Shown: positions 31,529 through 42,032 of the stretch, one piece after another
Numbering within the stretch: the stretch's first letter is position 1
How the letters are laid out: every line of letters starts with the position of its first letter
Assembly: GCA_028690575.1 (NCBI GenBank)
Contig: JAQVAY010000001.1
Location: 1,163-65,162 of the forward strand
Source of the DNA: Bacilli bacterium
GTDB taxonomy: Bacteria > Bacillota_I > Bacilli_A > RFN20 > CAG-826
DNA length: 64,000 bases
Direction: 5' to 3'
Translations under genes and position numbers: made by a program
The notes under the pieces: generated by a model
What the model saw: the letters and a program-made list of their open reading frames with translations, nothing else
Database searches by the model: none
What the model was told of the DNA's origin: nothing

Positions 31529-32571
31529 CCATCACTGCGCCGACATTAGTTTCTTCGTAATCAGTGCGATTATCTTTAACTAATGTGTAGGGACAGAAAA
31601 CATATGATCTAATTTGACTGCCCCATTCAATGTTTTTCTTTTCTCCGACGATGCCTTTGATGGCGTTATTTCGCTTTTCTAATTCGAGTAAATATAGTTT
31701 TCCTTTGAGCATTTGTATCGCAACTTCGCGATTAGACAGCTGACTTCTTTCCATTTGACATGACACAACGATACCAGTGGGCAAATGCGTTATGCGGACA
31801 GCGGTCTCAACTTTATTGACATTTTGTCCTCCCGCTCCACCACTTCGATAAGTATCTACTTTTAAATCAGCATCGTTTATTTGAATGTCTATATTGTCAT
31901 TTTTAAATTCTGGAACAACATTTACCGAGGCAAACGAAGTATGCCTTCTTTTATTTGAGTCAAAGGGTGAGATACGAACCAATCGGTGAACGCCCTTTTC
32001 GCTTTTTAATAAACCATAAGCGTGTGGTCCGCTGATCTTGAAAGTCACTGATTTTATACCGGCTTCTTCGCCTGGTTCATTATATATTTGAGCTACTTTT
32101 AGGTCCTTAATGCCTGCAAAACAAAGATACATTCGATAAAGCATATCCGCCCAATCTTGTGCTTCTGTTCCACCAGCCCCAGGGTGTATCTCAACAATGG
32201 CATTTAAGTTATCGAACTCTCCTCGGAAAAGAATCTGCAGTTCAAATTCCTTGGCGTCCTTTGCAAGTAAGTCTAATTGTTTTTCGATTTCGTCAAAAAA
32301 TGATTCATCCCCTAAAGAAAGGAGCTCTTGTATATCAAGAGTACTTTTTGATAATTGGCGAAATTTTCCAACCAAATCTTTGCAATATTTTAAACGAGAT
32401 ATAATATTTAGAGCGCTACTCGAGTTGTCCCAAAAATCAGGGCGATTGCTCTTCTCTGTTAATTGTTCAACTTCTAGATCTAACTTATCAAAGTCAAAGG
32501 GAAGACCCGAGTTGGCGAATTCGATCACCAACAGCACAAAGTTGTTGTTTCAATGCAACGATGTCTTTCAT
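31449..32571 (-). CDS. prfB: Peptide chain release factor 2 with a programmed +1 frameshift (CTT TGA C) at about 32494-32499
   Basis: ATG at 32571, then [25 protein letters not shown] and an in-frame TGA. The +1 frame continues [11 protein letters not shown]... and carries the SPF and GGQ motifs. Confidence 0.9.
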
Positions 32572-34995
32572 TTATTTACCTTCTCCAGTATTAGCGTTAT
32601 CGGGTTGTTTAGAATTATTAACATTAGGTTGTTGAACATCCACCACATCGGAAGGATTTTCTTCTTTATCTTTTGGTTCAACTTTCACGTTTAAAAGATT
32701 TAAAACAGCATCAACAGAGGCGATCTCTAAAGTTTCTTTGAACATTCGATAACCTTCGTTAACATAATCCTGTAAAGGATTCACGTTTGCATAACTGCGA
32801 AGGTGAATACCTTCTCTTAGCCTTGCCATCGCATCAATGTGTTTAGTCCAATTTTGGTCGATTGTATGTAAAATAATAGCTCTTTCAAGCCTTTCACCAA
32901 CCTCTGGAGCCCATTCCTTTTTACGTTCGTCATAGCGGTCATGGAGAACATCACCTAAATCAGGCCCACAATCCTCAACGGGGGATTCATCGTATAGATT
33001 TTTCTTAATCGAACCACTCGGTAAAAATCTTGGTTCAACTTGTTTTATAAGCAAATCTCCGGAAACCAATTGCTCACGGGTTCCAAGTGGAATTGCCTTA
33101 TTAGCTAAGAAATTTCCTGTTGTAGTAAAAACTTCATTAACGATATCTTTGATATCTCTACCTTCGATAATGCGATCTCTCTTGTCATAGACAATTTGTC
33201 TTTGCTTTGCAAGAACATCGTCATAGTCCAACAAGTTTTTACGAATATCAAAGTTCATACCTTCAATCTTTTTTTGAGCTCCAGTAATCATGTTGCTGAC
33301 CATCTTCATTTCAAGAGCTTCATCACCAAATTGTTTTTGAATCCAATCGCGGTACTTATCGGCCGCGAAACGAATTAATAAAGTATCATCAAAAGAAACG
33401 TAGAAACGAGAGAAACCAGGATCGCCCTGACGTCCACCACGTCCTCTAAGTTGATTATCAATACGTCTTGATTCATGCCTTTCAGTGCCGAAAACACACA
33501 AACCACCAAGGGCTCTCACTTCGTCATTAATTTTAATATCAGTTCCACGACCCGCCATGTTGGTAGCAAGCGTGATGTGACCTTTTTCACCAGAGTGAGC
33601 AATGATTTCAGCTTCTCTAGCATTGTTTTTAGCGTTTAACATTTCATGAGGCAAACCGGCAGCAGTCAAAAGAGCTGAAATCTCTTCAGATGACTCAACT
33701 GAAACGGTACCAACAAGAATTGGTTGGCCTTTTTCATGTCTTTCTTTTACCTCTTTGATTAAAGCAGCAAGCTTTGGTCCCTTGTGGGCATAGACATAAT
33801 CGAGGGCATCAATACGCATGATAGGCTTGTTGGTAGGAATACAAACAACACGCATATTGTAAATTTTTCTAAATTCTTCTTCTTCGGTTTTTGCGGTTCC
33901 GGTCATACCAGACATTTTTTTGAATAAGCGGAAGAAATTCTGATAGGTAATAGTGGCCATGGTAATTGTCTCTTGTTTGATGGTGACGTTTTCTTTGGCT
34001 TGAACAGCTTGGTGCAAACCATCAGACCATTCACGACCAGGTAAAACACGTCCGGTAAATTGGTCAATAATTTGGATTTGACCTTCACCATCGACTAAAT
34101 AGTCGACATCGCGAATCATAATATAATTGGCTTTTAAGGCATTATGAATTCTATGAACTAAATCAGCAAACTCTGGATCATATAGATTTTTGATTCCAAA
34201 CATTCTTTCCGCTTTTTTATTTCCATCATCAGTAAGGTTGACGGTTTTTTCTTTGACATCAATGACAAAGTCAACTCCCTTTCTAAGAGCCTTACAAAAA
34301 CGATCAGCAACAGTATATTGAGAGGCTGATGTTTTGGCGCCACCAGAAATAATTAAAGGGGTCCTCGATTCATCAATCAAAATAGAGTCAGCTTCGTCGA
34401 CAATGCAATAATGGAGTCCTCTTAAGACTCTGTGTTCCATATCGACGGCCATGTTATCTCGGAGATAGTCAAATCCTAACTCAGAGTTCGTTGTATATGT
34501 GATATCACATAAGTGTGCTTCTCTTTTTTCGGAAGTTGTTTTTTCTCGAAGATTTACCCCAACGGTCAAGCCTAAAAATCTATAGATTTGTCCCATCCAT
34601 TCGGCGTCACGTTTTGATAAGTATTCATTAACAGTAACAACATGGGCACCTTTGCCTGTCAATGCGTTCAAATATACAGCCATTGTGGCGGTTAAAGTTT
34701 TTCCTTCGCCGGTCTTCATTTCAGCGACATCTCCAGCGTTTAAAACTAAAGCACCAATTACTTGAACTTTGTAAGGAAATTCCCCAAGTGTTCTTTTCGC
34801 AGCTTCACGAGCAACAGCAAAGGCCTCGAATTTGATATCGTCCAGCGTTTTGCCTTTAGCTAATAAATCTTTGAAGTAAACTGTCTTGGCTCGAAGTTCT
34901 TCATTGCTAAGGGATGACATCTTATCTTCATAAGCCAATACCTTGCCAGCTTCTCTTTCGTATTGTTTTAGTCTTCTTTTGTCGAAAAAACCCAT
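32572..34995 (-). CDS. secA: Preprotein translocase ATPase SecA
   Basis: 807 aa with SecA DEAD-motor motifs. Confidence 0.95.
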   Translation of the reverse strand: MGFFDKRRLKQYEREAGKVLAYEDKMSSLSNEELRAKTVYFKDLLAKGKTLDDIKFEAFAVAREAAKRTLGEFPYKVQVIGALVLNAGDVAEMKTGEGKTLTATMAVYLNALTGKGAHVVTVNEYLSKRDAEWMGQIYRFLGLTVGVNLREKTTSEKREAHLCDITYTTNSELGFDYLRDNMAVDMEHRVLRGLHYCIVDEADSILIDESRTPLIISGGAKTSASQYTVADRFCKALRKGVDFVIDVKEKTVNLTDDGNKKAERMFGIKNLYDPEFADLVHRIHNALKANYIMIRDVDYLVDGEGQIQIIDQFTGRVLPGREWSDGLHQAVQAKENVTIKQETITMATITYQNFFRLFKKMSGMTGTAKTEEEEFRKIYNMRVVCIPTNKPIMRIDALDYVYAHKGPKLAALIKEVKERHEKGQPILVGTVSVESSEEISALLTAAGLPHEMLNAKNNAREAEIIAHSGEKGHITLATNMAGRGTDIKINDEVRALGGLCVFGTERHESRRIDNQLRGRGGRQGDPGFSRFYVSFDDTLLIRFAADKYRDWIQKQFGDEALEMKMVSNMITGAQKKIEGMNFDIRKNLLDYDDVLAKQRQIVYDKRDRIIEGRDIKDIVNEVFTTTGNFLANKAIPLGTREQLVSGDLLIKQVEPRFLPSGSIKKNLYDESPVEDCGPDLGDVLHDRYDERKKEWAPEVGERLERAIILHTIDQNWTKHIDAMARLREGIHLRSYANVNPLQDYVNEGYRMFKETLEIASVDAVLNLLNVKVEPKDKEENPSDVVDVQQPNVNNSKQPDNANTGEGK

Positions 34996-35124
34996 AATTG
35001 CTTCACCAACACAACGAGTTGTGCCTTTCTAATACATAAATGTTTGCGCATTTGCCTTCCTATCTTATCATTCAAATCCACATTAGTCTAATACTATTAT
35101 ATAGATTAGGGTAAATAAAAAGGT

Positions 35125-35784
35125 TCATTTTAAATACGTTTTGCTCATTACCAAAACCTTAATTTTCTTTGGCCGTAAGCTTTTTATTAACTCAATCATT
35201 CCAAGAACTGTTGCTCCGGTTGTATAAACATCATCTATGATAAGAATTTTTTTACCATACAAACTTTTTTTACTATTTAGTTTCAAACTTCTTATTGCCC
35301 CTTTTCTTGCTTTAGCGTTAAGCTCGACTTGTTTGTAATCAAAAGCTTTCTCAATTATAGGAAGCATAGGTAAATTAAGACATTTAAATATTACTTGAAC
35401 ATGATTAAATTCTCTTTCTTCATCATCTGATTTTGAAGAAGGGGCTGGAATTAGATAATAATCATGATATAGAAGGTGAAGTTCATCTTTAAAACGATCA
35501 AGAAATACTTCTGCTAGTTCGATATCATAACAGCCCTTTAACTGATACAAGAGAGTCCTTATCTCCTCATCATATTTGTATAAAGCTAAAGCATCAATAT
35601 TTCCGATACGAAATTTTAAAAAAAGGGGATGTAATTTATTCTCACATTTTTCACAGACACAATAATGTTTGTTAAAAAAGATATGCAAATTCCAGTTATG
35701 TATGGGTTTTAAACAGATTTTGCAGATTTTTGTTTGCTCCTTCGATGGTTCTAATACACTTTTCAATTTCAACATTATTTTCAT
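35125..35784 (-). CDS. comFC: Competence protein ComFC (phosphoribosyltransferase-like with an N-terminal zinc finger)
   Basis: CxxC...CxxC N-terminus and a C-terminal PRTase motif ILIIDDVYTTGAT. Confidence 0.75.
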   Translation of the reverse strand: MKIMLKLKSVLEPSKEQTKICKICLKPIHNWNLHIFFNKHYCVCEKCENKLHPLFLKFRIGNIDALALYKYDEEIRTLLYQLKGCYDIELAEVFLDRFKDELHLLYHDYYLIPAPSSKSDDEEREFNHVQVIFKCLNLPMLPIIEKAFDYKQVELNAKARKGAIRSLKLNSKKSLYGKKILIIDDVYTTGATVLGMIELIKSLRPKKIKVLVMSKTYLK

Positions 35785-36868
35785 TTGTAAGAAAAATCAC
35801 CTTTCCTTCCGGTTCTTCTTTCTTTCTCCCCACTCTCCCAGCAATTTGAATCAAAGAATCGGAAGAATAGATATTGTGGTTTGCTTGAAAAACAATAACT
35901 TGTAGACCTTTAATTGTTACTCCTCTTTCTAAAACAGCGGTTGTTATCAAATATTTAATTTTTTTGTCTTTAAAATCTTTAATTATTCTTTCTCTATTTT
36001 TTCTTTTTGAATGAACATAATTACCACCCCTAATAAAAAAATTTAGACTATCGAATAACTCTTCACAAATCTTAATTGTAGGGGTAAAAACAAAAATGAA
36101 TTTTCCATTTTTTAAATATTCCTTAATTAACCTATAACATTTTATTTTTTGTATAATTTTTGGCAAGACAAATACTTCTGGAACCGGAAGTGGATAGCGG
36201 TGAAATCTAGAAAAAAGTTCTAGTACATGCCCTCCTTCCTTTTTAAAAGCATCTATAAAATTTCGTGAGGGGGTGGCGGAGAGCATAATGTAGTTTCCTT
36301 TCACAGAACGACGAAAAAAGGTGTTCAAAACTTCATTGTCTTGAAATGGGAAAGCGTCAATTTCATCAATTATTAATAAATCAAAATAACGAGGATAGCG
36401 ATAAAGTTGATGAGTCGTGCAACATATTAAGTCAGCGGTTAGTATTTTTGAATTTCCACCATAAACAAGCGCAACAGTATTTTTGCTAAAAATATTCCTA
36501 AAGCGATCACACAACTCAATAATTACATCCCTTCTCGGAACCGTAAATCCGACTTTTTTACCCTTTGACAGGGCGTAAGCAATTACTCTCAAAGTAATCT
36601 CGGTTTTTCCTGATCCACAAACTGCATATACAAGTGAATTTATTCTTTTTTGATAATTGCTAAGCAGATCTTCGGACAATCTTGCTTGTTCTTCCGTAAG
36701 TTCATAGTTCAGATTCCACACAACATCTTTTTCTTGTTCCTCAGTAGAAGCCGCCTCTTGGCCGCGAAAAGAAATGCATTTGCGGCAGTAATATTTGCCG
36801 TTTCGTTTGCCAATTGTATTTTCATCTGAATTACCACAGATGGGACAAATAAAAGAAAAAGCACCCAT
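35696..36868 (-). CDS. comFA: Competence helicase ComFA (DEAD/DEAH box)
   Basis: N-terminal zinc ribbon, GSGKT and DEID helicase motifs. Confidence 0.8.
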   Translation of the reverse strand: MGAFSFICPICGNSDENTIGKRNGKYYCRKCISFRGQEAASTEEQEKDVVWNLNYELTEEQARLSEDLLSNYQKRINSLVYAVCGSGKTEITLRVIAYALSKGKKVGFTVPRRDVIIELCDRFRNIFSKNTVALVYGGNSKILTADLICCTTHQLYRYPRYFDLLIIDEIDAFPFQDNEVLNTFFRRSVKGNYIMLSATPSRNFIDAFKKEGGHVLELFSRFHRYPLPVPEVFVLPKIIQKIKCYRLIKEYLKNGKFIFVFTPTIKICEELFDSLNFFIRGGNYVHSKRKNRERIIKDFKDKKIKYLITTAVLERGVTIKGLQVIVFQANHNIYSSDSLIQIAGRVGRKKEEPEGKVIFLTNENNVEIEKCIRTIEGANKNLQNLFKTHT

Positions 36869-36904
36869 ATTTATTAAGAGTGCTTTTATTGATGAAAAGT
36901 GTAA

Positions 36905-37345
36905 TTAATCTTCGATTTCTTTTATCAATTCGACTCGTGTGGCATGCCTTCCACCTTCGAAAGGAGTGCTTAAGAAGATGTCAACTCTTCTAAGAACATC
37001 GTTCAATTCCATGAATTTTTGTCCAAAAGCAATCATGTTGCAATCATTATGTTGTCTCATGAGACGAGTTACTTCGTCACTATAGCCAATTCCACAGCGA
37101 ATGCCTTTAACTTTGTTAGCGGTGATAGCGACGCCCTCTCCAGTTGTGCAAACAACGATTCCATAATCACAAACGCGTGCAGCAACAAGATGCGCAGCTG
37201 CTTCTGCGTAATGAGGATAATGACATGACTCCGAGGTGTAAGTTCCTACATCTGTTACTTCATGCCCTTGTTCTTTAAGATATTTGACGATTTCGTTTTT
37301 ATATTCAAGTCCACCATGATCTGAACCAATAGAAATTTTAAGCAT
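36905..37345 (-). CDS. rpiB: Ribose-5-phosphate isomerase B
   Basis: 146 aa, RpiB/LacAB family (GSDHGG, CGTG). Confidence 0.85.
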   Translation of the reverse strand: MLKISIGSDHGGLEYKNEIVKYLKEQGHEVTDVGTYTSESCHYPHYAEAAAHLVAARVCDYGIVVCTTGEGVAITANKVKGIRCGIGYSDEVTRLMRQHNDCNMIAFGQKFMELNDVLRRVDIFLSTPFEGGRHATRVELIKEIED

Positions 37346-38192
37346 AATTCTTTCCTCCTCTTTTTATTATATAAAGAAAACGCATTTTGTTATGCATATC
37401 TTTTGAAAATATCACTTTTGCATTCGGATAATATTTGTCCACTATCTCTGCCAAAGGCTTTTCCATATCTTCGCCGATTTCAAATAATAACAAGCCATTT
37501 TCATTTAGAACTGCATCAGATTTTTTTATTATCTCTTCATAAAAAAATGTTGATGGTTTAGCTAACAAAGCCAGGTGTGGTTCGTATTTCCAAACCTGTT
37601 CATCTATTTCTTCATGATTTTGTATATATGGCGGGTTGGATATAACTACATCAACCTTAATGCCTTTTTGAATAAGAGGATCCAACAAGTTTCCTCTAAG
37701 AAAAGTAATCTCGGAACTTTTTGCGTTGCGTCGAGCAACTTTGAGACATTCATCGTCAATGTCAGTTCCATAAATAGTCGCGAAAGGAAAATATTTTTTT
37801 AACGTGACCGCAATACACCCCGAACCAGTACATATATCAGCAATAGAAAGATTGCCAGATGTTGAAAAAGCTTTTTCAATCAACAGTTTGGCGCTTATGA
37901 CAAGTTCTTCAGTCTCTTGCCTTGGTATGAGTACATGGGGATTAACTTCGAAATATTGATCGATGAAATTGGCATAACCCAAAACATATTGGAAAGGTTC
38001 TCCCTTTTTCACTCGTTCAATTTTTTTAAGCAGATCGTCATAATTATTACAAGGCAAATCAAAGGATTTATATAAGGATATTTCATCCCAAAAACCATTA
38101 GCATCATTCAAAAGACTCTTGATGACTAATCGGGTGAGATATTTGTTGTTAGATTTTAATAAATTAAAATAAACTTCACGGTTGGTTGGCAT
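37338..38192 (-). CDS. prmC: Release-factor glutamine N5-methyltransferase PrmC/HemK. Start trimmed to MPTNREV.
   Basis: NPPY motif (VISNPPYIQ); immediately downstream of prfA. Confidence 0.85.
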   Translation of the reverse strand: MPTNREVYFNLLKSNNKYLTRLVIKSLLNDANGFWDEISLYKSFDLPCNNYDDLLKKIERVKKGEPFQYVLGYANFIDQYFEVNPHVLIPRQETEELVISAKLLIEKAFSTSGNLSIADICTGSGCIAVTLKKYFPFATIYGTDIDDECLKVARRNAKSSEITFLRGNLLDPLIQKGIKVDVVISNPPYIQNHEEIDEQVWKYEPHLALLAKPSTFFYEEIIKKSDAVLNENGLLLFEIGEDMEKPLAEIVDKYYPNAKVIFSKDMHNKMRFLYIIKRGGKNYA

Positions 38193-38193
38193 A

Positions 38194-39267
38194 TTATTCA
38201 CTCGCCAATTTACTTGACTGATCAAAATGGATTAGGGCTTCAATAACTTCCTCAATGTCCCCTTCCATCACTCGGTCTAATTTTTGAATAGTAAAACCAA
38301 TACGATGATCTGTAACGCGATTTTGTGGATAGTTGTAAGTTCTAATTTTTTCAGAGCGTTCTCCAGTGCCGACTTTTAGTTTTCTTTCGCTTCCAATTTT
38401 TTCTTGTTGTTCAGCAAGAGCGGCGGAGTACATTTTTGTTCTTAACATTTGCATTGCAATTTCACGGTTCTGGATCTGAGATTTCTCAGTTTGGCAGGCC
38501 ACTACGATACCAGTAGGAAGGTGAGTAATTCTAACTGCAGATTCAGTTTTATTGACGTTTTGTCCGCCTGCACCTTGGCTATGATAAGTATCGACTTGCA
38601 AATCATTTGTATTAATTTGGACATCAATTTCTTCGGCTTCAGGCATTACTAACACAGTAGCAGTTGAGGTGTGAATTCTTCCGCCGGCTTCTGTCTTAGG
38701 AACGCGTTGAACACGATGAGCGCCACTTTCAAATTTCATCTTTGAATAGACGTTTTTCCCACTAATTTTAAAAGAGACAATCGAGAAACCGCCAGCTTCG
38801 GAAGGGCTCTCATCCAGCATTTTTATTTTCCAATTTTGTGATTCAGCATATCTGGTATACATTCTAAAAAGATCGCCAGCAAAAATATTGGCTTCATCTC
38901 CTCCAACTGCTCCACGAATTTCAACAATAATGTCTTTCTCATCGTTAGGATCTTTCGGAAGCAATAGTTGTTTCAATTGTTCTTCAATTTCCACTAACGA
39001 ATTTTCTAAGCGCTTTACTTCTTCTTTTCCCATTGTGGAAATATCGATATCATTGTCATGGACCATTTCATTTGCGTCATCGAGATCGGATAAGGTCTTT
39101 TTGTACTGCAAAAAAACGGCTACTTGAGGATCTAGTGTTGCTCTTTCTTTAGAAATCTCACGAAAATGAGTGATATCACGAACCACTTTTTCATCCATCA
39201 ATTCCTCATCAATTTCTTTGAGCCGTCTTTCAGCGGACTCGAGACGTTGATACATGCTTTTTTCCAT
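38194..39267 (-). CDS. prfA: Peptide chain release factor 1. Start trimmed to MEKSMYQRLE after a GTGAGGA site.
   Basis: GGQ motif and PxT-type tripeptide region; 357 aa. Confidence 0.9.
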   Translation of the reverse strand: MEKSMYQRLESAERRLKEIDEELMDEKVVRDITHFREISKERATLDPQVAVFLQYKKTLSDLDDANEMVHDNDIDISTMGKEEVKRLENSLVEIEEQLKQLLLPKDPNDEKDIIVEIRGAVGGDEANIFAGDLFRMYTRYAESQNWKIKMLDESPSEAGGFSIVSFKISGKNVYSKMKFESGAHRVQRVPKTEAGGRIHTSTATVLVMPEAEEIDVQINTNDLQVDTYHSQGAGGQNVNKTESAVRITHLPTGIVVACQTEKSQIQNREIAMQMLRTKMYSAALAEQQEKIGSERKLKVGTGERSEKIRTYNYPQNRVTDHRIGFTIQKLDRVMEGDIEEVIEALIHFDQSSKLASE

Positions 39268-39404
39268 AAAAATCCTCACTTTAGGCGATATGTATTCTAC
39301 CATATAGTGAAATAAAGAAAAAGGCTCAATTGGTTTATTTAATATTCATATTAAGGCTTTTATCGACGGTCCTTTTTGTGTATAATTTGATATGGTAACT
39401 AATT

Positions 39405-41117
39405 ATGGCATATAAAGCTCTTTACAGAAAATATCGACCAAATACATTTGATGAGGTTGCTGGTCAGCAACATATTGTTAAAACAATTAAGAACGCTCTT
39501 GCAACAGGAAAAATTGCTCATGCGTATCTTTTTGCTGGACCTCGCGGTACAGGAAAAACTACGATGGCTAAGCTTCTGGCAAAAGCTCTCAATTGTGATG
39601 AAGGTATCGGAAAACAATGCAATGAATGCAAAAATTGCATTGCAATAAACGAAGGAACCCATCCAGACGTTTTAGAAATTGACGCTGCAAGTAATAATGG
39701 CGTTGATGAAGTTCGCGATTTAATTGATAAAGTCAAATACAGCACTATTTTAGGCAAATATAAGGTTTATATTATCGATGAAGTCCATATGATGACCACT
39801 GGGGCATTTAATGCTTTGCTAAAAACATTAGAAGAGCCACCAGAGCATGTCATATTCATTTTGGCCACTACTGAACCTCATAAAATTTTGCCAACTATTT
39901 TATCTCGCTGCCAAAGATACGATTTTTCCAAAGTAAGCGATGATGATATCCGCAATAGATTAAAAGACATTCTCGAAAAAGAAAATGTCGTTTATAACGA
40001 GGCTGCTATCAATTTAATAATTAAATTATCTGAAGGAGGAATGAGGGACGCTCTCTCAATTCTCGATCAAGTTTTGGCATATTCAAGTAATCGTTTGATT
40101 GAAGATGATGTTTTAGATATCTTCGCTCTTGAATCAACAACAGAAAAAGTTGAATTATTAACCTCAATTGGCAAAGGCGATTTCACTGATGTGCTGGATA
40201 GACTAAAATCTTATGTTTCTCGAGGCACAGATATTAAGCGATTAACTGATGATTTATTGGTTCTTTTAAAAGATGTGTTGATATATAGGGCAACTAACCG
40301 TTTTGACTTTGTGGAGCAACTTAATAAGAAAGAAATATCAGCTCTTTCCAGTCTTTTCAATGAAAAACAAACCATAGAAATGATTGATATATTAATGAAC
40401 GCTCTAAAAGATTATAAAAACGTTACTTCTATCACTCCAATTTTTGAAGTTATGTTGTTAAAATTGTCCTCGCTAAAATTTGAAAAAAAGGAACCTGTCA
40501 CTGAAGTAAAAGAAGCGGCTGTTTCTGAAATTAAAGAAGAAAAAGTGATTGAAAATGCCGCAGAAATCTCTCCAATTGCCCTTAAAGAGGAACCTGTTGT
40601 GAAAGAAAAAGTCGAAGTAAAAAAACAAGAAGTTGTTGAAGAACCCACCTTCTCATTTTCATCCGTTGTATTGAACGAAAAACCCCTCATTTTGAATGGC
40701 GCTGAGCATGAAGAAAGCTATGCTATCGATGATAATATGATGATTAAAATAATGGCAACAAGCAAAAAAGAGATCAAAACAGCTTTACTTGACAGCTGGA
40801 AGAAGATCAAGCAATTAAATGGTCACCCAGTATTAGACAAAGCTTCAATGCTTCTTATAGATGGTCACCCTTTAGTGGCAGGAAACAAAATTTTAATTTT
40901 GGAATATCCTCTCGATAAGGCTGTAACAAAAGTTAACACACAAATTAATCAAAAAGACATACAAAATGTTATTTTTAACATGTTTGGAAGAAAAATGTTT
41001 GTTTACGCTGTTTCCCGTAGAGAATCGATTCGACTTCAAAAAATGTATATGGATTTGGTACAAGTGAACAAACTTCCCAAAATTAGCGATATCAGTCTTG
41101 AATTCAAAGGAGAATAA
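39405..41117 (+). CDS. dnaX: DNA polymerase III subunit tau/gamma
   Basis: Walker A GPRGTGKTT, Zn module CxxC...CxxC and the SRC motif. Confidence 0.92.
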   Translation: MAYKALYRKYRPNTFDEVAGQQHIVKTIKNALATGKIAHAYLFAGPRGTGKTTMAKLLAKALNCDEGIGKQCNECKNCIAINEGTHPDVLEIDAASNNGVDEVRDLIDKVKYSTILGKYKVYIIDEVHMMTTGAFNALLKTLEEPPEHVIFILATTEPHKILPTILSRCQRYDFSKVSDDDIRNRLKDILEKENVVYNEAAINLIIKLSEGGMRDALSILDQVLAYSSNRLIEDDVLDIFALESTTEKVELLTSIGKGDFTDVLDRLKSYVSRGTDIKRLTDDLLVLLKDVLIYRATNRFDFVEQLNKKEISALSSLFNEKQTIEMIDILMNALKDYKNVTSITPIFEVMLLKLSSLKFEKKEPVTEVKEAAVSEIKEEKVIENAAEISPIALKEEPVVKEKVEVKKQEVVEEPTFSFSSVVLNEKPLILNGAEHEESYAIDDNMMIKIMATSKKEIKTALLDSWKKIKQLNGHPVLDKASMLLIDGHPLVAGNKILILEYPLDKAVTKVNTQINQKDIQNVIFNMFGRKMFVYAVSRRESIRLQKMYMDLVQVNKLPKISDISLEFKGE

Positions 41118-41121
41118 AAAT

Positions 41122-41424
41122 ATGAACATGCAACAAATGATGATGCAGGCGCAAAAATTACAAAGAGAGCTCAATAAAGCTATGAGCGAACTAGAAACAA
41201 AAGAATTCACTTTAACTAAAGGTGGAGCAATTACTGTAACTTTACTTGGCTCACATGAACTTAAATCTGTTGAGATTAAAGAAGATTTTTTAAATTCCGA
41301 AAATAAAGAGATGATTGAAGATTTAATCGTCATAACAATTAATGAGATTATACAAATGATTGAGACAGCTCGTGGTGACATCAACGAAAAAATTACTGGA
41401 AGAAGAACTGGATTGGGAATGTAG
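41122..41424 (+). CDS. ybaB: Nucleoid-associated protein YbaB/EbfC
   Basis: Roughly 100 aa, MNMQQMMMQAQKLQ N-terminus; conserved dnaX-ybaB-recR order. Confidence 0.85.
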   Translation: MNMQQMMMQAQKLQRELNKAMSELETKEFTLTKGGAITVTLLGSHELKSVEIKEDFLNSENKEMIEDLIVITINEIIQMIETARGDINEKITGRRTGLGM

Positions 41425-42021
41425 ATGGAAAAATTAAAAGCATTAGAAAGAGTTGAAGATTCACTCGCTAAACTACCAAGTGTAGGTAAAAAATCCGCCG
41501 AAAGGATGGCCTATGCCATGCTTGAGATGGATGATGATGATTTGAATGAATTTTCTGATGCAGTTAAAAGCCTCAAATCCTCAATTCATGTTTGCCCAAT
41601 ATGCGGGAATCTGACTGAATCATCTATTTGCGATATTTGTGGTGATTCATCAAGAGACAAAACATTAATGATGGTCGTTTCTTATTCTAAAGATTTGATT
41701 GCTTTTGAAAAAGCGGGTAGTTTTCATGGACTTTATCACATTCTTGGTGGAACAATTTCTGTTTCTAAAGGAAAAAACATTGATGATTTATCAATTCCTC
41801 AACTGATTAGTCGTCTAAAAGAGGGGAAAATTAGCGAGGTCGTTATTGCGACAAACCCAACCATTGATGGAGAGACAACCGCTTTGTATTTAGCAAGGGT
41901 TATTGAACCGATGAATATCCGAGTGACTCGTTTAGCCTATGGTTTACCAATGGGAGGCAATCTCGATTATGCTGATTCTCTCACTTTATCAAAGGCTCTT
42001 GAGGGTCGTACAAAAATATAA
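41425..42021 (+). CDS. recR: Recombination protein RecR
   Basis: HhH motif, C4 zinc finger (CPICGNLTESSICDIC) and a Toprim domain. Confidence 0.9.
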   Translation: MEKLKALERVEDSLAKLPSVGKKSAERMAYAMLEMDDDDLNEFSDAVKSLKSSIHVCPICGNLTESSICDICGDSSRDKTLMMVVSYSKDLIAFEKAGSFHGLYHILGGTISVSKGKNIDDLSIPQLISRLKEGKISEVVIATNPTIDGETTALYLARVIEPMNIRVTRLAYGLPMGGNLDYADSLTLSKALEGRTKI

Positions 42022-42032
42022 AGGGGAAATTT

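Noticed and set aside
39399-39757. Minus-strand ORFs (87 aa and 79 aa) opposite the dnaX start
   Set aside because: They are antisense to the dnaX N-terminal AAA+ domain and have no homology features.
40490-40560. Stimulatory stem-loop downstream of the dnaX heptamer
   Set aside because: Only a weak long-range GCGGC/GCCGC pairing could be found, and it is not a convincing E. coli-like hairpin. The frameshift proposal is therefore kept at moderate interest only.
40893-41384. 163-aa minus-strand ORF
   Set aside because: It is antisense to the dnaX 3' end and ybaB. Its Cys/Ile/Ser-rich low-complexity composition is typical of an AT-rich shadow frame.
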